Source of the DNA: Eledone cirrhosa
Lineage: Eukaryota
Assembly (NCBI GenBank): GCA_964016885.1
Contig: OZ024743.1
Coordinates: 9,734,001-9,798,000 of the forward strand
Direction: 5' to 3'
DNA length: 64,000 bases
A program made the position numbers and the translations under genes. Numbering within the stretch: position 1 is the stretch's first letter; every line of letters starts with the position of its first letter. The notes beneath the pieces were generated by a model that saw only the letters and a program-made list of their open reading frames with translations, was not told the DNA's origin and ran no database searches. Below are positions 24,268 to 38,999 of this stretch, piece by piece.

Positions 24268-24328
24268 TATTTTATCTGATGAGTGCGTACCAAAGTGTTG
24301 GTACCCTTGAAATGTATATAATAGAATA
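24268..24328 (+). ncRNA. Type I hammerhead ribozyme
   Basis: UAUUUUAU-CUGAUGA-GUGCGUACCAA(AGUG)UUGGUACCCUU-GAAA-UGUAUA-UA-AUAGAAUA. Stem I is 8 bp, distal stem II 7 bp perfect, and AATAAA overlaps the 3' end. Confidence 0.7.
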
Positions 24329-24730
24329 AATATGGTTTCATAAATATAATTTCCATTTATCAATATCATTGATATTATACTCCAGAAAACCTGTCGAATC
24401 TGTTATAAATATATATATTTGTTGAATTACCAACAAATTAAATATCCCTTTGCTAATATGAGAAAAATATTTCTATGTATACTTAAATAATACGTACATA
24501 TATTTATTTTTTTAATATCCAGTTGAGTTCTTAACACGAGGTTTGGATTCCTAACAGGGTTCAATGACCTGCGTGTATATTATTTTATATTTTACGATTT
24601 GGGGAGAGTGTGAGATTTTTTTTTGAAGGACTGCTGGACTTTCAAACTTAGCGGTTCTTCTAGCACTGACGGTGACTATCGCTAAATATTAATATCGATG
24701 TAGTTTTTTTATATTGATTTTGCTTAGGCA

Positions 24731-24854
24731 TTCCACTGAAGAGTTATAAGAGCCCACTTGCACGGGAATCTGTTGATCATATGCAAGCTTCTACATAACT
24801 TGGAGATTTTACTCCCACTTTGAAGAAATCTTATAATGAAACGATCGTATGGAA
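24731..24854 (+). ncRNA. Type I hammerhead ribozyme with a 77-nt insert in loop II
   Basis: UUCCA-CUGAAGA-GUUAUAAGA-[77 nt]-UCUUAUAAU-GAAA-CGAUCG-UA-UGGAA. Stem I is 5 bp, stem II 9 bp, palindromic stem III CGAUCG, triplet GUA. Confidence 0.7.
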
Positions 24855-25047
24855 GTGAAATTTATTTAATTATGTCTCATATAAAAAATACAGCCGACTA
24901 TCCACACAATACAATAGAGTTAGCACCCCAAACGTATAATTGGGAATATACTTAGGTATTTCCTAATGTTTGTTGAGTGAGATGGAAGTTGGTCGGAGTA
25001 TCGCTAATAGCTTTCTCTGTTAATGTATTAAATATATATATATATAT

Positions 25048-25343
<296 letters not shown>

Positions 25344-25814
25344 ACAGACAGAGAGATACGAAAAGAAGGGAGCGGATCGTCATATTGGACCTAGGAAAGA
25401 ATATGTCTATTGGTACTTACGTTGCTAATAATATCTACTCGGTGACACGTAGATCAATTTGGCTTTGTTGAATCGTACTCGTGGCTTTGATTCCTGGTCA
25501 GGGCACTACCTCGCGTTTTTAATAAAAACATTTTTTCAAGTACAACATTGTGCCAGGAGGTGCAACCGTCAGATAGTATCAGGAATAGAAACATTCATCG
25601 AAACAAGGGTTCTTTGTTTCTATTTGCTGATCGTCTCCTTTTCATATAAGTTAATTACGATAGTTATACATTTTTGAATGAATATGAGGAAACAACAAAA
25701 TACCAACTCAAATATATTAAAATATCTTACTTGCGTCCCTTTTTGGTCTGCTAGCAAATCCCACACACTGTATTTTATTCTTTTACCCTCCCAATAGGAC
25801 TTACATATGACCAA

Positions 25815-25852
<38 letters not shown>

Positions 25853-25893
25853 AAATGAAAATCCGAAGGCAAGGTAAAATTCCAGTCATTTAA

Positions 25894-25967
25894 TCATGAC
25901 ACATGTTTCAATAAGAGATAGATCGATTGTGAAGCCATGATCGATTATCACTGATCTCATCAGGTGA
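25894..25967 (-). ncRNA. Hammerhead ribozyme with long stem II at the 3' end of a PLE-like remnant (~25850-26960)
   Basis: UCAC-CUGAUGA-GAUCAGUGAUAAUCGAU(12 nt)AUCGAUCUAUCUCUUAUU-GAAA-CAUGUG-UC-AUGA. Stem II is ~15 bp imperfect, triplet GUC, one mismatch in stem I. Ends in (TA)n about 45 nt downstream. Confidence 0.65.
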
Positions 25968-27010
25968 AAATGAATTGTCTTCAAATTCTTGATATGAGAG
26001 AGAAAAAAACGATGCTCTCTCACAGAATTCATTCCCTCATATGGAAACACACCAGTCAGTCAGAGACATGGCGACTGCTATTAGCTTTAGTTGAGGTCAT
26101 AAAAATGTTCAGACTTCTATCGCTGCAAAAGACGCTGGACATCAATCAAATCTGTAGGGATGCAGTCAGTCACAGTTAAAAGTGAGTGGATACACCCACA
26201 CTCCACACCCACATACATCGGCTCGAGGTCAAAGAAAAATATATACATATATATACACACATCAACACAGTATTAAACCCATAGAATTAGCGTGGGTGGG
26301 TACACACACACTTTCACACACACCGAAGCGATGTCCGAGAAAAAACAAATATAAGAATGTACCAACACAGCACTCACCGAAAGTTAGTTATGTCGGTCAA
26401 ATCTCAATTTGACGATGTAAATTGGAAATATTGGGTTAACCAACGCTACACACACACACCCATACACACACGCGCAAGTAAGTTCAGTTTAGTGTTCTGC
26501 TATACGTGTATAGATCGAATTGTAACATCCATATCTTCAAGTGTGTGTTATGGCATATACGCATCCGAATCGTCCAAAAAATGTGAAGAGGAAGCAATCA
26601 GCTCATGTCGAACTTCTTGTGTACCGCTGTCCCGTTGAGAATCCGTGTCACCAAATCCGTGCGTGCAAGCAACTGCAATGTGGGCCGGCAAAGGGCTCCG
26701 TGTAGGGTTGAGTATTGGGTAAATGAGTCCGCAAGTACGATTACCCGTCACATGGGCCAATGAGCTTTTAAGATAGTTGTTTTAGTGGTGGAGGTGTGTT
26801 ATCCAACACAGAAGGTGAAGTAAGAAAACACAGGACAGTAAAATCCAAAGGATGTGTGTAGGCCCATTAATGGCGTGTCAGTATTATTGTTCAATCCGTA
26901 ACAGTAAGTCCTCCATGGTTAGATGATCACGCATCAAAACCTGGTGCAGTGTTCAGTCGGTACTTATGTATATGTATATATATATATATATATAAATATA
27001 CATAATACTC

Positions 27011-27058
27011 AACATTTGATAAGATGAATTTTACCAATACATTGAAACCGGTAATACT
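27011..27058 (+). ncRNA. Degenerate (likely dead) hammerhead motif
   Basis: ttgataa-gatg..catt-gaaa-ccgg-ta. Two substitutions in the CUGAUGA box; palindromic CCGG stem III is retained. Confidence 0.35.
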
Positions 27059-27228
27059 TTATATACTTTATATACATTATAAAAACTCTTTTTAAAAAGA
27101 ATTGTCCCTCTCATTTTTTTCAATAATGTCACTTTGACGAATCAAAGAAAGGAAAAAAAGAGAAAAACAGACCCTAAAATATATTTCCCGTGCTATTTCT
27201 AACTTCACCTTTTCTTTCTCTCTCTCTG

Positions 27229-27283
<55 letters not shown>

Positions 27284-27325
27284 ATGTATATATATATATA
27301 TACACACGCACACACACGCACACAC

Positions 27326-27440
<115 letters not shown>

Positions 27441-28899
27441 TATATGTGTGTGTGCGTGTATATATATATATATAAAGAGAGAGAGAGAGAGAGAGTGATA
27501 CATATATATGTATGTGCGTGTGTGTGTGTGTGTGTGTAAATTAAATTAAATTATGCCGCAGCGTGTCATGAATCTTTAACTGGTAAAATATCCAGATATG
27601 TGTATAGATATTCTCACATGTCTACATGTATAATAAATAGTTTAAGACTGGTAGCACTGCCATTGCCAGATTTATTGTTCTATATAGCTAATTTATATAG
27701 CGTGAGTCCTAAAATGTCATTCACAGTATAATGAGCAAAATGTTAATTGAAAGTCTATTGATATATGAATAGATAATATAACTGATTAATTTCCTGTATG
27801 AGTTGTTATTTTTCAAAGAGGACATCATTGTTGACAATTAAACCAATAGATTATCACTCAATAATCTATATAATTTCATGAAATTTAATTCCAGCTTTAT
27901 TACTCGTTCAAACAGGGTTCCATTGACCTATTTGCATCCATATAACTGTTTTTCCAACAGTGATAAAACATACTTTGATTGAAATAATCACATAAATATT
28001 TCTAAAATAATGTACTCATCGGGATAATTGTTGTAAAAACGCATTAAGATTATAGCCATTTTTTTAATTTAGAAGAAATGTAATATTTAAACACAATAAA
28101 ATATATGACTCTAAAATACTCCCATTAACTGAGAATTTGTCACATTTAAATCATATACCTGCCTATTAGTTTTCCTTTATTATGTTTCCAATACGGGAAT
28201 TAATGGAATAGATGATTTCAATGATACAATTGCATTAAATCATTGACTTCCCTGTCAATTCTACGGATTTAGTGTCTAATTGTGAAAAATATTTTATTGC
28301 CTTCACCAAAAAGAAATTGTGAAAACTTAATTGATAAAAAGGCGGAGCACTGGAATCAACAAATTCTGTGGTGAAATACGAGAACATATAACGTACCATC
28401 AGTCAACGATCTTTCATAAATGATGTATTGAAGGGGTATGCTCTAAACATTTAGGATGTCGGACTCATGATCATGAAGTTGTGGTTTCGATTCATAAACC
28501 GGCGGCGCGTTTTCACCTTGAATACTACAAAAAATGACTTGAATTAACAATGACAATGCGCCACATCTCTATCATCTTGTTGGTTATGAATTTCAAAATA
28601 TCATATTAGATAAAAGACCGATAATTTTCAAACAGCTGGTAAAATACAGTAGAAAAATACAATGAGATTTCCTAGATATGCAAAAGATACAACGAATTCT
28701 CCCGAAAACGGCTACCGTACTTCTCTCACAAAACACCGAAATACCGAAATACCAAAGCAGCAACACTTAAAAGAACAAAGATGACACGCACCCCTAGAGA
28801 TAACATATCAATTTCAATGTTTCAATGAGATGACGACGGTTGACATCCGCAAATAAGGACTGAATAGACACCCAGCCCACTCGGGAGCCTGCTCCGAAG

Positions 28900-29950
28900 A
28901 CACCAACCCACATACAAATATATGTGCACTCTTCCTAATTGGCCCATCAACAACACAAAGTGTGCATGAGAGCATATGTGGTCTATAAGATCACACGTAA
29001 AATTGTAACTCCTTGTACATCGGAAGTACCGTCCAGGTGTAGCACATACGGATCAGGGGAACATGTTGACCAGAGCTTCTGTTACAAACATCTTGACAGA
29101 TGTCACAGCCAATACATTAAGGTTGCCATAGAGGCGACAGAAAAGAATATATTTAAGAATTTTTACGTAGATCAGAGCAGTGGTAGGAGGTAACGATATT
29201 CTATTTGTTTGCGATTGGGTGCCATATGGTTGTATATATATTTGGGTTTGTGTTGTTAGGCGTGTGGAAGCTGGTTATTTTGTTTTGGTTGTAGGTGTAT
29301 CTGTATTTGTGTGTATATGGGTAATTTTGGTTCGTGGCCTCTGTACATATACAGGGGCAGGAGATATTTGTAGTAGTGGGGAGTCATTTATGTATATAGA
29401 AATAATTTAAGAAAATCAGTTTTAGATTTGGTTTTGTAAAATAATTTAATTATACTTTGGTAAAGGTGAAGCGTGACTGGTTAAATTTGATAGAAAGTCT
29501 GTTTACATTTGACCTAGTTTGATTAACTAAAATGATGACATTGAAGTATCTCTTTATGTTGGGATGTTCTGTATGTGTGTGTGTTATTGGTTGATGATTA
29601 ATAGATATCTCATTGGTGGAGTTTATGTATAAAGGTTTAGGAATGTATCCATTATGGAGGAATGTATATCTAGAGTGTTTCCGAATGAATGTTATTGCAG
29701 GTGTTCGCTAGTCATGATAAGAATAATTGTAATATGTATTTAGTTTTAGTTTTATTGATGAAATTGGTTAAAATTTAATAGCCAGACATAATTAATATTT
29801 GTGCTTGTATTTTATGCATTTTCTTGAGGTGGCTGGAAGTTGAGTTTTATTCTTGAAAATATATAACTCAATTAAAATAAACGCATTTAGGGACAATTCA
29901 TTCCATACGCTAAATCATTATTGAGACAATTGCATCAATCTCGCTCGTCT
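28900..29950. mobile_element. Degenerate PLE remnant with internal inversion
   Basis: Plus strand ~28925-29065 reads VCMRAYVVYKIT..CNSLYIGST..HIRIREH (GIY-YIG, frameshifted). The minus strand further right has NGY/SSH thumb-like traces. Confidence 0.5.
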
Positions 29951-32845
29951 CGGTGGACTTTCAAAGGATGTGGATATTACCTCTTTTTCCTGATTAATTT
30001 AATAAAAATACCTTGTTTTGATTCAGTGTAACACCGATAATAATGTTAGTAACCAAATGGTAGGAAATAAAAAGGTAAAGCCTGGATCATAAGGAAAATG
30101 ACTAGACTAAGAACAACCAATGGCAGTACACCAACCGCGGCAAGTCGGTTTAAACAGGTAAAAGAGTAGAAGATAAACTGTGTTATCAAAATCTGTTTCT
30201 GACATCACGCCGCTCGATTTTCTAAGAAATAGTGGATAAATAATAAAGTGAACCAAGTGAATTGTTAGTAATTGTTGACTAGAACAAATGACATCATTAA
30301 TAAGTACATATATTTTAGGGGATATAAAATAGGATTATGTTTCTATAAGAAGGGGAATCATTTAATTCTAGAACCACCGAAACTGCATCAACAACTCGGA
30401 TTGTAATATCTTAAGCATTTTCATATACATTACGATTCTAAAGTTAAAATTACCCCAAATTTAAACCTCTTTAACAGCAACGTATTTCAAACACTGTGGA
30501 CACCATTAGCTACCGACTTGAATGAACTCGTTGTTTATATAGAAATAATACATATTTGCTTATTACCATAATGTCGCAATACAAAGGCCTAATGAAATAC
30601 AGCATGACGTCACATGCGACGCTTTAACAATGTTAATAATTCACATCGTTGGACTGGTACCTTAATTATTGACCTTGAAAGGAGTGATTTGAACCTAGGA
30701 CTCAGTGAGCTGGAGATAATACCACAAGGTATTTACACAACTACTCATTCTGTCAGTCGACCGCTTTTGATATGGCTCCAAATTTTAGAATGTATAAAAT
30801 CAACTTGCCTAAGACATTCACATGATCAATAAAATCAGTTTTTGTTCTAATATATTCGTGTCTAAGGTGACGAACTGGCAGAGTTATTAGAGCGTCAGAT
30901 TAAATTCTTTGTGGTATTTGCACCATTTTCATCTTCTCAGGGTCGAAATATGATTTTCCACTCAAGAACAGTGGATTAGTGGAATTGGTATAAGGTCGGG
31001 CGGGATGACTTGTAGTATTTCTTTCGGTTAATTACGTTCTAAGTTTGCCTTTGAAATTACTGGAGCCAAGTTGTATCGACTCTTTCCTTTTCTTTGGATA
31101 GCAACGGTGTAGAGGTGAGAGGGAGATGTATATGCTTGAGTAATTATGCTTCTTCTACAAAAGAAATTGCTTAGGCTTTTGCATTGGTGAAGACATTACC
31201 CAGTGAAAATATCTGATCTTTTGAGATTTACGGAGGCCTTAATAATAAAAATGGACTCTTTCTTTCACGCAAACTTCAAATGTTGTAAAAAAAAGGAAAT
31301 GTATAGTTGATTGCATCAATTTCATTTGGTTACAGGTAATTATGTTATCAACACCGAAGCACTAACGTAATATTGATTTAAATTTTGAGAAGAATGGATC
31401 TAGTCTTAATACTATGATGTGTTTTGTCAATGTTCGATTATATAATCTTTTCTATTGTAAAAGCACAAAATGAGGAGGGTGGAATTATTGTATCAATCAG
31501 TATCTTACTGATTTTATTTTTAATGATTCGGTTGGATGCATGACGAAGCTCATACAAAAGATTTTTTTTAATTCAGAAGTGAGAGAAAAAGAACATTCAG
31601 TAATTCATATTGTCCGATGAACTATGATCTTGGCCATCTACACCACCCAGTTAACATCAATATCAGAACTAGCCTATGATCTTGTTACACGTTTTGACTG
31701 GTTTATTGAACATTTATTTTCAACATGATGCAAATTAAACAACCTTGTTAAGAATTATAAGCGCTGTTTTGGAGCATTCATGCATAACATTGATGGCGCT
31801 TCTCTTCCTTTAATATTAACATCTGCTGGTAGATTACTCTTCAATTACAAATTCCCCATTGAAAATAATCAATTCGCTGTTCGGTTTATAGCTTTTTGTG
31901 TTCCCTATACTCAATTCGTTACTTTCAATTTTATTATATTGTCTGATTATTTCGTTTTATATATGCTTGAATTCTGTCTTTTTTTTTTAATAATTGAATT
32001 CAATATATTTTGTTGGAGGAAAAAAGGGAAAACATCAAGATTTTTCCATTGATGAACTAATTTGAAAGAAACTGTTGTTAATTAGAAAATCCAATGCTCT
32101 TAGATGAGCGAGTAAAATTGTTTGTAGAATAAATTTGCCTTTTGAAAATAAAAATTTACACCTCTGATAAATGAAAGCAAAAAGTAGCAAGTCTTTAATT
32201 AATCAGCAAAAAGGTCAATGATGTTTTTTTTTCATCGACTCATGATTCAATAAAATTTGACAAATTACAGATTAAAATCAGAAGAAAAATATATAATTCG
32301 AGTTTATATTTTTCCGTTAACTTATTGAAGTATTTACCAATTTGAAATTGTGAAGCAAAATATTCTGAGAGGAAGGAAGCATTGCAAGTGAGAGATGTTT
32401 GAATATCATTTTGCATAAATAAATAAAAAAAATGTGCATAAAATGGGACCAAAGACATAATGAGTAGGTACAAATTTTGATTCAACATCCATGAAATTAG
32501 AGTTCATATCCATGGCGTTTCACTGGATGTCTGGCAATATACGGTTATACATGACTCTGATTGTGTGTGTATAATATATTGTGAAAAATAACTTGCAGTA
32601 AACTAATACCTTATCTGGGGTTGAGTAGTAACTTAGAGGCTTTTTATGGTATACCACAGTGCTAACATATTAACTTTGCTTAAAAATAATACGCATATTT
32701 GCATACAAACCCCCAGGCGCGCGCATATATATATATATGTATATGTAATTAAAATAACAGATTAAAGTTTAAGCAAAGAATCGCTGCTTTCACCCTTAGA
32801 AGATCCCGTTAAGGGTGAAAGCAGCGATTCTTTGCTTATATGAAA

Positions 32846-32981
<136 letters not shown>

Positions 32982-32994
32982 ATATATATATATA

Positions 32995-33420
32995 AGTTAA
33001 AACAATGAAATAAAAAATAAAAAAATAAAGTCATTAGAGATATACTTCACTGCTTTACAATCGTTTCTAGGTGATACATCGTAACTATACTTCGTTATCG
33101 ATCTATGTAAGGTTAGTTACAAACTAAATATTCTCCTTATCTGATAGTTTGTAACTAACCCTACATAGATCGATAACAAAGTATAGTTACGATGTATTAT
33201 CATCACCTAGAAACGATCGTAAAGCAGTGAAGTATATCTCTAATGACTTTATTTTTTTATTTTTTATTTCATTGTTTTAACTTATATCATGACTGTTTTC
33301 CTTTTAATGTTTTATTGTTTTCCGGGATTTATTTTAACCTACAACATTTTCAACATATGGATTACATTGAGTTCTTCATGCAGACTAGACCCCGCAACTT
33401 ACCGTGGATATATCTGTGTA
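32995..33420 (+). mobile_element. Foldback copy of the 21980-22356 family
   Basis: Arms 32995-33126 and 33145-33283 are reverse complements. The right arm extends to (TA)n at ~33420. Confidence 0.7.
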
Positions 33421-33454
33421 TATATATATAAATACATACATGCATACACACACG

Positions 33455-33572
<118 letters not shown>

Positions 33573-33576
33573 TAAA

Positions 33577-33757
33577 TAGTCAGAACCCCGACGGCAGAGC
33601 TCAAGCCGTTTCGACAGCTATTTCTGGACACAGAATAGCTGTCGAAACAGGTTCTGTGGGTTCTGACTCTTTTCCTATTACCCACTCTAATACCAAAGGT
33701 ATTGAGTACTCTGGTGCGTTATGGTCTACTTGGCTCCTTACTACACTTCCTTCGTTA
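33577..33757. mobile_element. Short element with internal foldback; rearranged relative at 45355-45484
   Basis: tttcgacagctatt..aatagctgtcgaaa hairpin. 33695-33755 matches the reverse complement of 45355-45414, and 33635-33678 resembles 45431-45484 in direct orientation. Confidence 0.55.
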
Positions 33758-34229
33758 TATATATATAGCGAGTTGTGTTATAATTTTTTTCTATGATATC
33801 AGCCGTACATTTTCTGAATACACGTGATTTACTATCACTTGTTGAGTCTCAGACGCTCTCAAATCCTCAGTTCGACATCCTTACAATGAATGGTTCAGCT
33901 CCCCTTTATAAAAGGTTTCCAAAGAATGGAACAATAATTATCAGATGTTAGGATTGTGGAAAATGAAAAGGGGACGCATATCTTTTTGTCAGAATGGCAG
34001 AGAAAGGTAGCTGTTTTGTATTTATAGGCTATTAGAAGCGAGTGGTTAAGGAAATTAAATTGCTGCAAGATCTGTAGAACGGGGTTAGTGGACACCTTAT
34101 GTGGCTGACGTGGTTTTAGTTAGAGAGCATTTCCACATTGGGGGATTTGCAGAAGCTAGCTATTCTTCGAGAGAGTTGAAGTGTGTTGATTGTATTCTTT
34201 ATGTAAGAGGTTGTGAGTAGATTGTGTGT

Positions 34230-34600
34230 GAGTACATTTGGATTTTTTCGGCTTACGTGTTTAGACAAGAATTCATGAGTGCAGTGTTTTTAGGCTGTTC
34301 CATCTTACGTTTGTGCATACGTTATATGACTTCACCCTGTTTGCATAGGGCTTAGATCTTTCTAGAACCCTCAATTTAATTTGCGAATTTCGTGGCAGTT
34401 CTCTCAGCTGGACACCTAAAGGTCATTTAATGGTTCAGAAAACGAACATTAAAACAGCCTTCCAACATACACCAATATTTGTTTCTGCTACCGCTACTGG
34501 TTTGGTTGAGTGGAAGTCACTTCTGCTTCATAAACTACGGCAGGTATGTTGCAATTTTGATCAAGGTGGTATGCTTCTGGTATTTTGAATGGGACAACCT
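34230..34600 (-). mobile_element. Degenerate PLE GIY-YIG remnant (Naiad-like)
   Basis: Minus-strand traces LDQNCNIPAVVYEAEVTS..NVRF..SKPYANRVKSYNVCTN..CLN, with stops and frameshifts. Confidence 0.45.
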
Positions 34601-34633
34601 AGTGTACTATTGATGAAGTCTATGTATGTATAT

Positions 34634-35220
34634 ATACTGGTAACATGTATCCCAGTACAACCTATCTCATGGTCGGGTCGTTGGCGACTAAACTGGCAAC
34701 CCCACCAAGGTTTCTTGGTGAGGAGGGTGACTTTGGACATCCTGCAGGACTAAAAACAAAACCTGTCAAAGGGCAAAGGAGCTCTTAAGAATCAATGGCC
34801 ATCCAAAATCACCGGGAGAGATGACGCCTTAGCCTTTGTCAAGGCAGAATTCTAGGAGAAGGAAAACTCTGATATAACACCTGCAACCCTGATGGTATCC
34901 AATGATGTTGACTTGTTCTTCTTTTTGGTAAATATCATCTTGGTTAAGAGAGTGGGACTGGCTTTGTGCAGTGCCTTTGCTCACTATAAAAGCTTCATAG
35001 CACAGGCATTGCTTTATATCTGGAGATCTCTCTGCACTTATCATCACATGGTACCATGGGCCCTGCACTATGTGTCAATAATGGTCACAAGTGTAGTCTT
35101 TGTACCAGAGTTTTCAAGTCGCTGGCTGGACTAAAAAGTCACATTCGTTCAGCGCATCGGTAGGGGTTCTCCTACATGGATATAAAGTAGTGGCCGTACT
35201 CGAAAACGAGTTGGCAGCCA

Positions 35221-35224
<4 letters not shown>
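34634..35224 (+). mobile_element. Non-autonomous RTE-derived short element, copy 1
   Basis: Highly similar to 46321-46875 and 49931-50539. The 3' part resembles the last zinc finger and tail of the RTE at 49490-49866. Confidence 0.8.
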
Positions 35225-35307
<83 letters not shown>

Positions 35308-35311
<4 letters not shown>

Positions 35312-35390
35312 GGAAAAATTTGAACAGGGACAAAACAGAGAGGCAGTACAACGAATGTTTATTAATTTCACGCTCTGGAGAGTGGGGTGT
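35308..35390 (-). mobile_element. Truncated 3' terminus of the 8970-13210 PLE family
   Basis: Near-identical to 13020-13100 and embedded in (TA)n. Confidence 0.8.
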
Positions 35391-35393
35391 TGG

Positions 35394-35475
<82 letters not shown>

Positions 35476-36799
35476 TACTTATACTTCTTCACTTGTGAAT
35501 AGTTACTGGAAGATTTTGACATAATTCAAACTCTCTAGATATTTGATCTAGTAAAAGTACAAGCAACTTAGTCATAGTGGAGGATTGCTCTAAGTGAGAA
35601 CAGAGGATGTATAAGCTGAGAGTCTGATTCTCCAGTTAAACGAAGACCTGTCTGCGAGCCAAGATCTGCGCACGAAGATCTGTCTGCGGGCATTTATGTC
35701 ACAAATGGTTCAGTCACTACGGCTGTCTCGCCGGCTCAGTCACTTCAGCCATAAATATACACCACACAATAACACATTGCTGTATGAAGGTTTCATGGGG
35801 AAATATTTACTTATATTTTGTTGAGATAATGGGATCAAACTTTCTCTCTCATGTTTATTGTAGAAGGATTTATTTGAAAATATATCTACAAAATACACTG
35901 GGAGAAATTATCAATAATATATGAACTGTTATGTATTTGGCTAAATAATTGGCTGTATGTAGGTCAGTAAGTAATACACCATTTGTTCACACTTCGTGAA
36001 TACGAAGGCTCTTACTATTATTTTAGAATTTATACTGTTTTGTCTACATCAATACAAAATTCGTCTACCATAGATAACATAGTCATACTACTTATCGGAA
36101 AATATGAAATGGTATCCACATTAAATATAAAACTTTGCCATTAAATTGAAACAACATAATTGATGTAATATTTTCTATTTTAAGTAAGTAAAGAAGTATT
36201 TGGTTATATGTAATTATTCTGAATGGTCAACATCTATAGACGGTTGCATGCATTTTTCAGGAACAATCAATTTTATTCATAATAAGATTATAAATCTTTC
36301 ATTATTTGGTATTATATAATATTGTACTTAATTTCGTGCTTAGTTTTGTTAAGTTCTTTTCTATTTTATAACAATACAGCCAAACTTAAATTGTAGCTGC
36401 ATTTCTACATGTAAATTATAACTATGTAAATATACGGGAAATCATATGTATATGAGTACTCAGTAAAAACGTGGGTGCTGAGTTTTAAAGATCTGTTCTA
36501 TATATTAGACTAGTGATTTCGTTCCCTATGCATATAAAACTTATCATAATGTTAGTGGTTGGTAGGAGAATTATTTTAGACAAGATGTTCTAATTAGGTT
36601 GTTATTCCGTATTTACGTTTCAATTTTTATTACTTCCAGAACTCAAATTACAGTACATACTAATTTTGAATCCGCTTTCCTTCATACTTTACTTCATTCA
36701 TATATTTGTATATCTTAGAATGTATTTTGTCTCTTGTTACGTCGAACATGACATATGATCGTGCATGTGGCAATGTTATGGAATTGTATTACTGTCAGG

Positions 36800-38350
36800 T
36801 CATATGAAAGTGTTTACTGCCATGCTTAACAATACTCCTTCTATGTAACATTACCAGGATAATGTTGGCACCATATATATATGTGTCCGTGCCTATTTTA
36901 TATTTCGTTGTTGTTTGTGTTACGCCTCTATATGGACCTCTAGAGCTTCCTGACTGAGTGGATTGGCGTGTCTCAGAAAATGAACGATATGTCATTTTCT
37001 AAGACATTGTCTGGAGTATGGTTATACCACCAATATTCTGTTTAGTTATTTCATATAATAGGCAAGTAGTTCTTTTCTTGCAATTGTTTATGAGTATGAT
37101 GTTTTGAATTATCCCCCTTCATATATGTATGTTTAGCTTTTTCACAATTTCTTTTGTTTTAGGAATCTCAGTTGTGTATATGTTGGTTTCATTTGAGAAA
37201 GAATCAATATTTGGATTTACGATGTTTTGTAAATTCCCATCGTTCTGATTTTGTCACTTAATATTTGTATAGTCATATCAATGATTTCCAATAGGTTTCT
37301 AGTTGCATAAAATCTGTGTCCTCCTGTGTTCTTGGTTAATATGATATTTTCTATATCAGACTAGTATGTTGCTTTTGAAATACAATTATTCATTTACGTT
37401 TGTTGTTGTCTAGGTGTGCCAAATCATTTAGTGTTCAGTTGACCATATTATAACCATAAGGTTTTGCTGGAATAGCTAGAACTTTATTTAATTTATGTGT
37501 GTTCTATTCTCTACTTGAAATATTCAATTAAATATTTATCAGGTAGAATTTGGTCCAAATCATTTATCTCTGTTTCTGTATCTAACAAATCATTAACGTT
37601 CTTAAATTTCCTCCTCTTGATGCGATTTTTACCTGATGTTAATTTCTCTTATAAATCTGTATATTCTCATTAGCAGCATTTTTAGTTTCTTATTATCTGC
37701 AGCAGACAAACTGAAGTTATTCATATACAGAGTATGTTATATTGTTTTAGTGTACCAAATTTGTCCGCGTCAAATTTCGTTTAACAAGTTGTTTGAAGAC
37801 GTTAATGCCAAACAGAAAAGTGTTAAGAGGGGGTTGTCTTGGAATATTCTCCTTGTGTTCATATCTCCAAGAATTGCTTGTTACGTACCCATGGTACGTT
37901 CGATATATCTACTTACTGTTGGTTTTATCTTACTGATTAATTATACTTCCAGGAGCCACATGCGTGGTAGAGATTCAAAAGACTTTTGGTGGACAAGCCA
38001 TGCCATGATCAGACTTACTCTTCTCTTTGTACATTTATCAGTTGTGGCGTATGTTGATCAGTAATTGATATTTACAACCATATTAGGGTTTGCAGCTTTC
38101 ATTTAGCTCTTATTGAAATAGTTGTTTTTCATTTGTTTATTCAAATTCTCCGATGTTTCAGTTATGGTATTAGAAGTTGCAGAATACAAGTTATACTTGA
38201 TCACTTTTAGCGTTTGGTATTTTTATCGCGTTACTTTACATTTTCTCTCGATGAACCAGCCAGGAGTTGTCATCGGATACAAGGAATCTTATGAAACACC
38301 AATGCAATCATTGTGTCCCGCTGAAATACTTTACTCTGAAATTTATTTTA
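36800..38350 (-). mobile_element. Highly degenerate PLE RT remnant
   Basis: Only scattered minus-strand traces are visible: SFESL, RTMGT, NNCKKRTTC. Confidence 0.3.
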
Positions 38351-38999
38351 GAATTTTCATTATTTTTCTCTTGTTCTTTTCCTACATCCTTACATTATTT
38401 GTTTCGTACAGATGTGTGTTTTGGGGTGCGTGTTTGTGTCTGTATTTGTGTCTGTGTTTGTGTTTGTATGTGTGTGATTGCTTGCATATGGGATTATAAT
38501 GTTCTGTTTACAGAATCTATTCCCAATGTCCGTGTTAGTTGGTGACATTATTTGCTTGACAACACAAACTTTTAGAGATTACCACTGTAACATTAGTAAC
38601 ATAGATTAGTGCACCAATAATATATAGTTACAAATATAAATGTATAATCTGCACAGATACGCTGTACGTTTTGAAGCTTTGATCATAAATATTTGCTTTG
38701 CAACTGACTTTGAAATAAATGTCCATATCTGCAGGGCAGCTAATTTCTATGTCAGTATATACTTTTTCTTTCCTTTTATGTCCAAATCAATATATCAGGG
38801 CTGTTAGGTTTGCACTTCTTGAAATCCTTGACCGGACTGTTTTCATTGAAATGCATGTATTCTCTAATTTCTTATTCATTCCATTAATTTTCCTATGGTT
38901 TTCATTGTATATTATATGAGTATTATTAAATAATATATTTGGAAAGCTCCTGAAGGTGTCATTCTGTACAGTACTGTCTTGTAAAATGACCGTTGCTAA

